This document shows, piece by piece, positions 1 through 13,690 of a DNA stretch of 64,000 bases. The stretch spans positions 7,006,001 through 7,070,000 of the forward strand of contig NC_043023.1 in NCBI RefSeq assembly GCF_006345805.1, written 5' to 3'. The position numbers and the translations under genes are program-made. The notes beneath the pieces are model-generated. The model had not been told where the DNA came from, did not search any database, and worked only from the letters and a program-made list of their open reading frames with translations. Source of the DNA: Octopus sinensis. Lineage: Eukaryota. Numbering within the stretch: position 1 is the stretch's first letter; each line of letters starts with the position of its first letter.

Positions 1-111
1 ACTGATTTCCTGCGGCTCTTTGTCAGTATTCATCTGAGGCGGTTTGAATCAAATGCGAAGTTCCCTGTGCTGGAGTTTCTTGCCCTTCTTTTTAAGTACA
101 CTTTCAGGCAG
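1..111 (+). CDS. XPO6: XPO6 exon (cut by window start)
   Basis: TDFLRLFVSIHLRRFESNAKFPVLEFLALLFKYTFRQ then donor GTAGGT. Confidence 0.93.
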
Positions 112-3100
112 GTAGGTGGAATATTTGTTGCTGTTGTATCCAGATACAGTTTAATTTGCTGCATGTGTGTGAGTGTGCATGCTATACTGTGCTGTATGTG
201 GAAGAGGTCGTTCTGTTGATGATGATCACTAGAAGGGAGGCCTTGCGAGCCCCTTTGGTATTCACTGATCAAAATGATGACTAGTACAGCCCATACTGTG
301 AGGCCCAACTGATAGGGATTGGTTGCATTTTAAGGGTTAAAACAGTCACAAGGTGATCTGTTTACAGCTCATTGGACTGGAGCAATGTGTAATGAAGTGT
401 TATGTTTGAAAATACAGTGCATAGCATGTCTGGGAATTGAAACTATGACCTTGCGATTGTAAGTGCAACACCCTAACCACTAAGCCATGTTTCTCTACTT
501 GTAATACTGATCAGGACAAAGGCAATGGTTAGTGTGGGGTGGTCATGGTGATGACTGTGTTGGCAAAAATATTCTGTTTTATGTACAATTTGCCAAGATC
601 AGGCCTCTCATACTTACTCTCAATGTCATTCTAAAAATAAATTACCACATCAACAAAATCTCAAAGTTAAACAATAATTCATGATTAATTCGAAACAATG
701 TGAATAAATAATTATTGCATTTGACAGAGTAACCTGAATGCTAAAGGGTTAAACAGGTCATACCATGCCTAAATATTCTATCAGTTTTATGTTCAGGTTG
801 GCCACATCTAGTCTCTTACACTTAGTCTACAATGTCATTCTAAAGTAATACAATCATGTCATTGAAGTCTCAGTGCCACAAGATAAGCTGCCATCATCAT
901 CATCATTTAAAGCCCGCTTTCCATGCTGGCATGGGTTGGACGGTTTGGCTGCAAACTGGTAAACCAGTGGGGCTGCACCAGGTTCCGATCTGATTTGGCA
1001 AGGTTTCTATGGTTGGATACCCTTCCTAATGTCAACCACTCCTAGAGTGTAGAGGGTGCTTTTTATGTACGACTGGCACATATGCCATTGACCTGACACC
1101 AGTATCGGCCACGATTGTGGTCTTTGTTGGTTTGACAGATCAACACTAGCACAGTATATTGCCAAATGTCTTGGTCACCTGTCACTGCCTCCATGAGGCC
1201 CAATGCCTAAATGGTGCTTTTTACATGCCACCGACAGGGATTATTCCGAAACAATATGAATAAATAAGCATTAGTTCAACATCAATGGAAATTGTAGCTG
1301 TGATACCAGTACCGGTGGCACATAAGAGAACCATCCGAGCATGGCCGTTGCCAGCGCCGCCCCGACTGGCCTCCGTGCTGGTGGCACGTAAAAAGCACCA
1401 TCCAATTGTGGCCGCTTGCCAGCCTCCCTTGGCACCTGTGCAGGTGGCACGTAAAAAGCACCCACTACACTCCTGGAGTGGTTGGTGTTAGGAAGGGCAT
1501 CCAACTGTAGAAACACTGTCAGATCAGACTGGAGCCTGGTGCAGCCTCTTGGCTTCCCAGACCCTGGTCGAACCGTCCAACCCATGCTGGCATGGAAAAC
1601 GGACGTTAAACGATGATGATGATGAAGCACTACATTTGACAAAATAATCTGAATGCTAAAAGGTTAATGGTGAGGATGGTGGTGTGTATAATGAAAGTGT
1701 CGATGATGATGATGACAGTGATGATAATGATGCTGTTTGCTGATGCTGAGGTCACTATTAATACTACTACTGCTACAATTGTTCTCGCCTATTTTCAGCC
1801 GACCAATGATGGCTTCTACAGTTGCCTGGATATCTGGACCGTGTTCCTGGATTATCTCCACTCCAAAAGTGAGATGAGGACTGCGGACCATGAGGAAGTC
1901 ACCAACAGGTAAGAGTTAATCCTTCAGTAACTCACTCCTTCTGCCCTTCACTTCTTCAGCTTTTAGGGATTTTTGCCCCCTCTGAATGTCATCCAATATA
2001 TTGATTTTTACCTCAGATTTTGTCTTATATTGTACCCATGTTGTTTGGTTTTCGCTGCCACCCCTTCACTTTGCTCAGCAAAACCATAGCGATAATCGTT
2101 CTTAGTGACTGACCACAATCATCTTCATCATTATCATCGTTTAACGTCCGCTTTCCATGCTGGTATGGGTTGGACAATTTGACTGAGGACTGGCGAACCA
2201 GATGGCTGCACCAGGCTCCAGTCTTGATCTGGCAGAGTTTCTACGGCTGGATGCCCTTCCTAACGCCAACTACTCCAAGAGTGTAGTGGGTGCTTTTATA
2301 TGCCACCTGCACGAGGGCCAGTTAGGCGGTCCTGGCAACAGCCACGCCCAAATGGTGCTTTTTATGTGCCATCTGCACAGGAGCCAGTCCAGCGGCACTA
2401 GCAACGACCTTGCTCAAATGTTTTTTTCCCGTGCCACCAGCACAAGTGCTAGTAAGGCGACGCAGGTAACAATCACGCTCGAATGGTGTTTTTAACGTGC
2501 CATTGGCTCAAATGCCAGCTTGTTGCTCTGGCCACGATCATGCTTGTATGGTTCTCTTAGTGCTCCACTAACACGGATGCCAGTCATCGAATTTGATTTC
2601 GATTTCACTTGCCTCAACAAGACTTCACAAGCAGAGTTTAGTGTCCAATGAAGGAAAGGTACGCATAAGTGGGCTGGTTACACCCCTGGCATAGGCCACG
2701 AGGTTATGCTCTCACTTGCGCTTGCCGAATATGCATGTGTATGGTTGTGTGTTTGTGTTTGTCCCCCCAACATCTTGCGATTGTAAGTGCAACACCCTAA
2801 CCACTAAGCCACGTTTCTCCACTTATAATACTGATCAGCACAAAGGCAATGGTTAGTGTGGGGTGGTCATGGTGATGACTGTGTTAACCCTTTGGCATTT
2901 AAACTGGCCAGATCCAACAAAAATATTCTGTTTTATGTACAAATTGCCAAGATCTGACATGTGTATGTTTGTGGGTCCGTGTTTGTCCCCCCAACATCGC
3001 TTGACAACTGATGCTGGTGTATTTACGTCCCTGTAACTTAGTGGTTTGGTGTGAAAGAAGCCCGTCGTATATATATATATATATATAGGTGAGAAAGTTG

Positions 3101-6100
3101 GTATATAGGTGTGTGTGTTTGTCCTTCCAACATCGCTTGACAACCGATGCTGGTGTGTTTACATCCCCGTAACCTAGTGGTTCAGCAAAAGAGACCGATA
3201 GAATAAGTACTAGGCTTACAAAGAATAAGTCCTGGGGTCGAATTGCTTGACCAAAGGCGGTGCTCCAGCATGGCCATAGTCAAATTACTGAAACGAGTAA
3301 AAGAGAGAGAAAGAGTATATTGGTTACAGCGTCAGGCTCATAACCATGAGGTTGTGAGTTCAATTCCCAGACCAAGCTGTGTGTTGTGTTCTTGAGCAAG
3401 ACACTTTATTTCACGTTGCTCCAGTTCACTCGGCTGTAGAATTGAGTTGCAACTTCTCTGGCACCAAGTCACATCAGTCTTTGCTTTTCCCTTGGACCAC
3501 ATCGTTGGCATAGAGACGGGAGGCTGGTATGCATATGTGACTGTGCTTTGGAAGGGAACTTTCTACGTACAGTCTCATCGTCGTTTGTGATTGAAAGGGG
3601 GTCTTTACACTTTCATAGTTTATCCACTTCTCTCGGACTTTACCCAAAGATTTGCTTTGCTCCCTCAACCCCCATTCCATCCATTTCCCCTTCATGTTGT
3701 CTTTGAATCCTTCATGCGTGGCTGTGTGGTAAGTAGCTTGCTTACGAACCACATGGTTCCGGGTTCAGTCCCACTGCATGGCACCTTGGGCAAGTATCTT
3801 CTACTATAGCCTCAGGCTGACCAAAGCCTTGTGAGTGGATTTGGTAGACGGAAACTGAAAGAAGCCTGTCGTATATATTGTTCCAGTTCACTCAGCTGTA
3901 GAAATGAGTTGCAACTTCTCTGGCACCAAGTCGCATCGGTCTTTGCTTTTCCCTTGGACAACATCGGTGACATGGAGAGAGGAGGCTGGTATGCATGGGT
4001 GACTGTGCCTTGAAAGGGAACTTTCTAGGTGCAATCTCATGGTTGCTTGTGATTGAAAGGGGTCTTCACCCTTTCATAATTTATCCACTTCTCTCTGACT
4101 TTACCCAAAGATTTGCTTTGCTCCCTCAACCGCCATTCCATCAATTTCCTCTTCATGTTGTCTTTGTATCCTTCACCATTACCGTTCTCTCTTGTTGCAG
4201 ATACAAACCAGCCCTGCAGTCTCTAGTCTCCCACATTCTACAAAAGCTGCAGTTCCGGTACAATCAGTCCCAGCTGGAGGAATTAGATGACGAGTCTCTT
4301 GACGACGACGTAAGTTAACGAGGAGAACTTTGCTCCCTGATTTTGGCAACATTTTATCTCCCCCGCCCCCACCCCTACCCCCTCTCTTGTGTGCATGCAG
4401 AGGCAAGGATAGGTACAGGCATGGCTTTTTGTGGTCAAGGGGTTTGCTTTGCTGCCCCTTGCTTTCGGGTTCAGTCCCACTGTGTGGGTCCTTGGACAAG
4501 TGTCTTCTGCCATCACATCTGGCCATTCAGTGCTTTGTGAGGCAACATGATGGATAGGAACTGCAGAAATTCCTGCTTTTGTGTGTGTGTGTACACATAC
4601 ATATCTATCTATCATAGATATATATATATATATATATTGCCCACAGGGAGATAAACATAGAGGGTACAAACAAGGACAGACAAAGGGATTAAGTGGATTA
4701 CATCGACCCCAGTGTGTAACTGGTACTTATTTAATCGACCTCAAAAGGATGAAAGGAAAAGTCGACCTCAGTGGATTTTGAACTCAGAATGTAACGGCAG
4801 ATGAAATACCACTAAGCACTTCATCTGGCATGCTAATGTTTCTGCCAGCTTGCTGACTACATGGCTGTGTGGTAAGACGCTTGCTTCCCAACCACATGGT
4901 TTTGGGTTCAGTCCCACTGTGTGACACTTCAGGCTAGTGCCTTCTACTATATCCCCGTGTCAGCCAAAGACTTGTGAATGGATTTGGTAGATGGAATCTG
5001 AAAGAAGTCTGTTGTATATGTGTGTGTGTGTGTGTGTGTGTGGGCATGGCTGTGTGGTAAGTAGCTTGCTTACCAATCACATGGTTCTGGGTTCAGTCCC
5101 AGTGTGTGGAACCTTGGGCAAGTGTCTTCTACTATAGCCTCCAGATCTTTCAATTCTTCGTGCTCCACAGATCCAGTCGCTTTCACTGAATATCCTCCTT
5201 CAAACGCTTCAAAACATCTCAGTAGAACTCTTAATTGATGGTCTGACCCTGGGGGATGAATTCTCAATGCATAATATCGCATTTTCAGGGGGTAATGTTC
5301 GTGGCAGGTCTTCCAATTCTTTGCACTCCACAGATCTGGTCACTTTCACTGAATGTCCTCCTTCAAATGCTTCAAAATGTCTGAGTAGAACTCTTGATTA
5401 ATGGTCTGACCCTGGGGAACAAATTCTCAATTCACAATACCACATTTCCAAGGGGTGATGCTTGTGGCAGGTCTTCCAGATCGTTCATCGCCTTCGAGGG
5501 ACGTTCTTACACTTTTAAAGTGCTTATACCACACAGAACATTGCGTACAACCTATTACCTCATTGATGTAATCTGGTCAAAGCATGCTCAATCTCTCTGT
5601 AGCAGACTTCCCAAGTTTAACGCAAAACTTCATGTTGGGTCTTTGTTCTAGCTTCCTGTCCATGACAAAAACCACAGACCACAGCACACATCTGATCACA
5701 GAAACACAAATTTCACACCTTGTGAAGTAATGTCACCTGGCTCATTACCTCACGAAGATCACTTCTTGTTCTCACTGCACACACGACTGTGTGCTGCCAT
5801 ATGTTAGTATGTTACAGAACTAGTCTGGAAATCTTTTGATAGGCGCAGGAGTGGCTGTGTGGTAAGTAGCTTGCTAACCAACCACATGGTTCCGGGTTCA
5901 GTCCCACTGCGTGGCATCTTGGGCAAGTGTCTTTTGGTATAGCCTCAGGCTGACCAAAGCCTTGTGAGTGGATTTGGTAGACGGAAACTGAAAGAAGCCT
6001 GTCGTATATATGTATATATGTATATATATATATATATATATATGCACGTGGCTGTGTGGTAAGTAGCTTGCTTACAAACCACATGGTTCCGGGTTCAGTC

Positions 6101-8995
6101 CCACTGCGTGGCACCTTGGGCAAGTGTCTTCTACTATAGTCTCAGGCTGACTAAAGCCTTTGGTAGACGGAAACTGAAAGAAGCCTGTTGTATATATGTA
6201 TATATATATGTGCGTGTGTGTGTTTGTGTGTCTGTGTTTGTCCCCCTAGCATTGCTTGACAACTGATGCTGGTGTGTTTATGTCCCCGTCACTTAGTGGT
6301 TCGGCAAAAAAGACCGATAGAATAAGTACTGGGCTTACAAAGAATAAGTCCCGGGGTCGATTTGCTCGACTAAAAAGGTGGTGCCCCAGCATGGCCACAG
6401 TCAAAATGACTGAAACAAGTAAAAGAGAAAGAGGAAAGATATACCACGTCTTATGACACCAATTCTTTACACTCAACAGATCCGATCGCTTTCGCTGAAT
6501 GTCCCCCCATAAATGCTTCAAAACATAGCAGTAAACTCTCGATTGAGGGTCTAGCTCTGGGGGATGCACAATATCACATTTCCAGGGGTGACACTTGTGG
6601 TGGGTCTTCCAGATTGCTCATTGTCTCCCAGGGTCATTTTTCCTTTAAAAGGAAGAATGACCCTTTTGAAGTGCCCGTGCCACTCAAAACATCGTGTATG
6701 ACCCATTGCCCTTTCAAAAAAGGGATAAGCAAAAATTGTAATGGAAGAATGGAGTCACAAAGAACCCAGAAAACACTGCAATCAAATTTTTGTGTTAATT
6801 CAAATAACTTTACAAAGAAATGAATGAAATTATCTGAAAACCCATTATTTTACCTGTAATAAGTTATGTATTTACCTGTACTGAATTATATATTTACCTG
6901 TTTCTAATTATTTATTTACCACTAATTGTTCTTTTCTTTTTTTTTGTTTTTTTTTCTTTCCAACATTCCCTGTCTCTCCACTCAAATACATCACTCACTC
7001 ACCTCTACTCCATTCATTTCCCTTGCTCCATTCAAATACTTCACTCACCTCTACTCCACTCACTTTCCCCACTCCACTCACTTCTACTCCTCTCACTTTC
7101 CCCTCTCCACTCAATTATGTCACTCACCTCTACTTTCACTTTCTCCACTCCACTACTTCATTCACCTCTACTCCATTCACTTCACTCACTCCATTTGAAT
7201 ACTCCACTCAAATACTCACTCACTTCTACTCCTCTCACTTCCCCTCTCCACTCAATTATGTCACTCACTCACCTCTACTCCTTTCACTTTCTCCACTCCA
7301 CTCAAATACTTCACTTACCTCTACCCTACCCACTTTCTCCACTCCACTCAATTACTTCACATACTCACCTCTACTCCACTCACTTTCTCAACTTCACTCA
7401 CTCACCTCTACTCCACTCAATCACCTCGCCTGTACCTCACACCAATTCTTCTCCTCCTAATACTCGTCATTCTTGCACCTCCACTCCCACCACTTTCTCT
7501 CTTCCCAATCACACTCCATTCACTTCTAACAACAATACTTCCCACTACCCACCACACCACACCACACCACCACCACCTCTTTGCCCCACTGTCCATTAGT
7601 CAGAGACGGAATGGCAGCATTACCTAAGACAGTGCCTTGAAGTGATTGCCAAAGTTGGAGAGATTTTAAGCCAAGAGACCTTTCAGCTTTTGGTAAGTTA
7701 ACATTATTATTATTATTACAGAAATCATCATTATCATCGTTTGACATCCGTTTTCCATGCTAGCATGGGTTGGACAGTTCAACCGGGGTCTGGGAAGCCA
7801 GGAGGCTGCACCAGGCTCCAGTCTGATCTGGCAGGGTTTCTACAGCTGGATGCCCTTCCTAACGCCAACCACTCCGTGAGTGTAGTGGGTGCTTTTTACG
7901 TGCCACCAGCACAGGGGCTAGAGGAGGCTGGCAAACAGCCATGATCAGTTGGTGCTTTGAAATCATTATTTTTATTATTATTATTGAGAGAGCAGTGCAT
8001 GACATCAAAGTGACACTGGGGTAAAATATACAAAGCCCAATATACCCATCATGACTACCCGTCTGATAAAGGTGCACCAGGCACATGCATCACAACCATA
8101 TGTGTGCAACAAGGAGATCTCATATCAGATAAACTAGGTGGGGCCTAGTTAAAATTTGCTTCTGGCCGAGTAACCCATCCCACTCAAAAGGTCCCTGAAT
8201 AAGGATTGTTTAAGGATGTTGAACGAACCACCCATGTTTCCAGAGGTGAATTATTCAAACCTCAAAGAATCCCTCTCAACACATGGCTATGATGCTCCCC
8301 CACTACTTCTGCTCGTGGTCAGAGATGCACATATCGTCAGCCACTAAGGGACATACTCAACTGGTTATGGTCAAACAACTGACAAGTAAATCTGTGGTAT
8401 TGAGCAGGATATTTGCTGCAGCCCATCTTTTATACCAAGACAAAACAATGTACATGATAACACTTCCAATTAGTTAAGATCAGAAGCCATGAGAACCACT
8501 GCCTGGTACTGCATCAGGGCATCCTTTTGTTATTATTATTATGATTATTATTATTATTGAGTGAGAGAGCAGTGCATGCCATCAAAGTGACACTGGGGTG
8601 AAATATACAAAGCCCAGTATACCCATCATGACTACCCGTCTGATAAGGGTACACCAGGTACATGCATCACAACCATATGTGTGCGACATGGTGATCTCAT
8701 ATCAAGATTAACAGAAGCCATGAGAGCCACTGTCTGGTACTGCATCAGGGCTGCTGCTGCTATTATTATTATTATATTATTATTATTATTATTGAGTGAG
8801 AGAGCAGTGCATGCCATCAAAGTGACACTGGGGTAAAATATACAAAGCCCAGTATACCCATCATGACTACCCGTCTGATAAGGGTACACCAGGTACATGC
8901 ATCACAACCATATGTGTGCGACATGGTGATCTCATATCAAGATTAACAGAAGCCATGAGAGCCACTGTCTGGTACTGCATCAGGGCTGCTGCTGC

Positions 8996-9028
<33 letters not shown>

Positions 9029-10731
9029 GACTGTGAACTGGCAAATATTATTATTATTATTATTGTCATTATTAAGACTGTGAGCCGGTAAAATCCACTG
9101 TACCTGATGTTCTTAGAGGTGTGTTACCCATTCTCACATTTCTCTCTAAATGCCCCTCAATGTCTTTCTTCATTGTTTTTTTTCTTGTTTTTCTTTCCCA
9201 GAATGACCTCTTCCAGGAATATACAGAGGTGTATTTGGGGCTGGAGCAGTATGTGGTGCCGAATGGTGCCCACGGCCGGAAGCTGACCATCACCGCAGAG
9301 AACGAGTGTCGGAGACTGCACTGTATCCTACGAGATTTGTCTTCCCTGGAGCAGGCTTTAGGGAGGATGGCCGAACATTTCATCGGAGATAGGTTTATTA
9401 AGAATTTCACTGACGCTGACAATTTGGTACAACGGTAAGTTGTTTGGCGGGGTTATTGTCTGGTTCCAGAAGATGTATAGACAAAGGGCTTCTGACTGGG
9501 TGTATTTTTTTGTTAGGGGTTTCTAAGGCTGGATGCCCTTTTTAACACCAGATACCTTACATAGTGTACAGGATGCATTTTATTGTGTGTGTGTGTGTGT
9601 GTATAGTGTGCAAGTGTATGTATGTGTATGAATATATGTATGCATATGTATGTATATATGTGTGTATACATATATGTGTGTGTATATATATGTATGTGTG
9701 TGTATATATATGTATGTGTGTATGTATAAATGTGTATGTATATCTGTGTACATGTGTATGTATATATATATATATATGGATGTGAAGGCACATGGCTCAG
9801 TGGTTAGAGTGTCGAGCTTATGATCGTGAGGTTGTGAGTTCGAATCCCGGATCAGGCTGCGTGTTGTGTTCTTGAGCAAGACACTTTGTTTCTCGTTGCT
9901 CCAGTCCACTCAGCTGTAAAAATGAGCTGTGACGTCACTGGTGCCAAGCTGTATTGGCCCCTTTGCCTTTCCCATGGATAACACTGGTGGTGTGGAGAGG
10001 GGAGGCAGATATGCATGGGAAATTGCTGGCCTTCCACAAACAACCTTACCCGGACTTGTGCCTGAGAGGGTAACTTTCTGTGTGCAATCCCATGGTCATT
10101 CATGACCGAAGGGAGTCTCAGCAGTGTATATGTATGTGTTTGTATGTATATATGTGCGTTTAAAATTCGGAATATCTAAAATTGATGCCAACACAAGGCA
10201 AACCCCATACAACTTGAATCCAAAGAGAACTGGCAGAATGGCTATTAATAGAATAAGGGTCAATTTGCATTCTGTACCTTTGACTATATCTAAAAATGCT
10301 TACACCAGAGAAACAATCGTTGGACTTGTATGATGTAATTCTCAATTAAAGGTGTGATATTCTCCATTCTTGCTGATGTTGTTGATGTATATGTATATAT
10401 GTATATACTAGCTGTTGGACCTGGCGTTGCTCATGTTTTCTGTGTTGAAGATAAGCCCACGTCTGACTTTGTATTGAATAAGCATTTCCTTAGAGACTAT
10501 TCTATAGATTTTGTTGAAATTTTACATGAGAATTTCCATTGAAATGCCCAATTGAGCTCACAAAAATTGATGCCAACTGAGCATTATCAAGTTTTCAAAA
10601 AATTCTGGCCTTCAGGGCATGTGATCTACCTATGTGCCAAAAATCATTAAAATCAGTTGGACGGTGTGGGAGGAGTTAGAGTAACCACAAACACACAGAC
10701 ATCATTATACATTTATGTGTGTGTATATATA

Positions 10732-10794
<63 letters not shown>

Positions 10795-13640
10795 AATATA
10801 TCTCAATATCTCTGAACCACTTTTTGGCTATGAATCCCTTAAGTTCCCATTCTACTCTACGTGACCTCCATTAACATTGGATGCATATCAAAAAAAATAT
10901 TCCTACTGTTCGCTTATTAAATACTAAGAACTAGCTTAAAGGCCACACTCTGTGTGAACTTCTAAGCTAGCTCCTGTGGCAGGTTTATTGGGCATTCAAC
11001 CCCAAACTAAAGAGAGCAATAATAATAAAACCCTACCAGTATGGTATTACTTTAAATTCAGTTTAACCCTTGTGTTACCAACCTGGCTGAAACCGGCTCT
11101 TGCTTTCAGTACAAATGTCTTGTTTACATAAGTTTTGAATTAAAATCTTCCACCAAACCTTAGTCACAATTTATGTTCCTAACACTAGCTGAATGATGAC
11201 TAAGTTATTTTACTAAATTCTTTGTTATATTTAAAGTAATTGAAAGAAACACAGAGCATCTCAAAAAAATACGGTAACAAAAGGCTTAAGATATATAATA
11301 GAGAAACAATTCTTAACCCTTTCATTACCAACCCTGCTGAAACCGGCTCTGGCTCTGAGTTCAAATGTCTTGTTTTCATAAGTTTTGAATTAAAATCTTC
11401 CACCAAACCTTAGTCACAATTTATGTTCCTAACACTAACTGAATGATAACTAAGTTATTTTACTAAATTCTTTGTTATATCTAAAGTAATTGAAAGAAAC
11501 ACAGAGCATCTCAGCAGAAATATGCTAACAAAAGGGTTAAAATATATAATAGAGAAACAATTCTTAACCCTTTTGATACCAACCTGGCTGAAACTGCCTC
11601 TGGTTCTGAGTACAAATGTCTTGTTTTCATAAGTTTTGAATTAAAATTTTCCACCAAACTTTAGTCACAATTTATGTTCCTAACACTAGCTTTTCGCATT
11701 TCAGATTTATAGATATTGATTTACATCTATTTCCTCTTTCTTTCATCATTTCAGCCTGGTACATTGTGTAGCCTACAGTGGCTCTGCCAAACTGTACGAA
11801 GTCAGCTCCATAGCACAAACTGTCCTTCAACCAGATTTTATAGAGGTGTAAGTGGTTTTTTTATTTATTTATTTCACCACTTTCCTTTCTTCCTTCTTTC
11901 CATTCTACTCCCACTTTCCCTCCCATTCCCCTTCCTTCCTTTTGAATATGTTGGGAAGTACTGCTGTTACTATCATCGCTGCAGCACCGCTGTTTCACCG
12001 CTGCTGCTGTTGCTTCTACTGTTGGCTTTATTATAACAATTGCTGCCAGATTTGGCTCTGTACTGAGAAGCTTGCTTCTCAACCACATGGTTCCAGGTTC
12101 AGTCCCACTGTATGACACCTTGGGCAAGTGCCTTCTACTATAGCCTTAGGCCAACCAAAGCCTTGTGAGTGAATTTGGTAGACAGAAACTGAAAGAAGCC
12201 CATTGTGTGTGTATATATTTATACCAGTCCACCTGTGCATACCTTCCTTCTTGGGACACATAACTCTACTTGTGAAGACTTGTTGAGGCAAGTGAAAATC
12301 AAAAATCAAAGAATCAAATCAAAATCGATGAACATCAATGGAATTTGTAGTTTTGTGGTACCAGTGCCGGTGGCACATAAGAAAATCATCCGAACATTGC
12401 TGTAGCCAGTACCGCATCGACTGGCCTCCGTGCTGGTGGCACGTAACAAACACCATCCGATCGTGGCCGTGCCAGCCTCGCCTGGCCTCCGTGCCGGTAG
12501 CATGTAAAGAACACCATCCGAGCGTGGCCGTTCACCAGCCTCGTCTGGCACCTGTGTCGGTGGCACATAAAAAGCACCCATTACACTCACGGAGTGGTTG
12601 GCGTTAGGAAGGGCATCCAGCCATAGAAACACCGCCAGATCTGACTGGCCTGGTGCAGCCTTCGGGCTTCCCAGACCCCCAGTTGAACCGTCCAACCCAT
12701 GCCAGCATGGAAAGCGGACGTTAAACGATGATGATGATGATGATGACCAGGGACATGCCACCTGGATAGGCAAGGTAGGCAGTGCCTACCCTGAATAAAA
12801 TAGATTGATAGCAACATTTTCCTTATATGGCAAAATATGCACCTAATTCAATAAAATCATGATGGTTACTCTGATTACTATGCATAAAATGCGAAATAGT
12901 TTATTTTTTTGTAGATTAGGTAGACATAATTCGTTCCTGCCTTTCTATCTCTGTACTTAAGCTATGCATATTGCTGCTGTAGTACACATGCTGCGTACAC
13001 TCCTACAACAACGTTTTCTTTACGTAGTATAAAGGCAGAAGTAAATCTGCCTTCAACTCAGTTGCATGCCTGTGTTTCTCTCATCTTTTTGTCTGTTTTA
13101 CTACATAAACGTCACCAACTGCCTATCTGAGTAATTACTGATGGCACGTGCCTGATATATATGTATATATATATCATCATCACCATCGTTTAACATCCGC
13201 TTTCCATGCTGGCATGGGTTGGACGGTTTGATTGAGGACTGGCAAGCCAGGAGGTTGTACAAGATCAGACAGAAGCCTGATGCAGCCTCTTGGCTTGCCA
13301 GTCCTCAGTCAAACTGGCCAGCCCATACCAACATGGAAAGCGGACGTTAGTGTCTTGTGTTATAGCCTGGGACGACCAAAGCCTTTCCCCTTCTTTCTAC
13401 TCATCATATTGTCTCTCTCCTTCTCTCTTTTTCCACACTTTCACTGTACTTTATCTGTTTTTCTGTATTACAGACATGCGCAGGCGCTGGCCACTCTGAA
13501 GGCGTTTGCCCACTGGCTGTCACAGTACCACTCTGAGTCCCAAAAGATCAGTCAGCCCCTAAAGTTCACCATCCTTTTCTCTACGCTGGTCGAGGCTACC
13601 CTGCCTTTATTCCGGAAACAGGTCAGATCACTTATTATTA

Positions 13641-13690
<50 letters not shown>

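Noticed and set aside
9788-9870. tRNA-like sequences (also 36270-36340 and 39290-39330)
   Set aside because: A/B boxes lack a full cloverleaf and run into SINE bodies.
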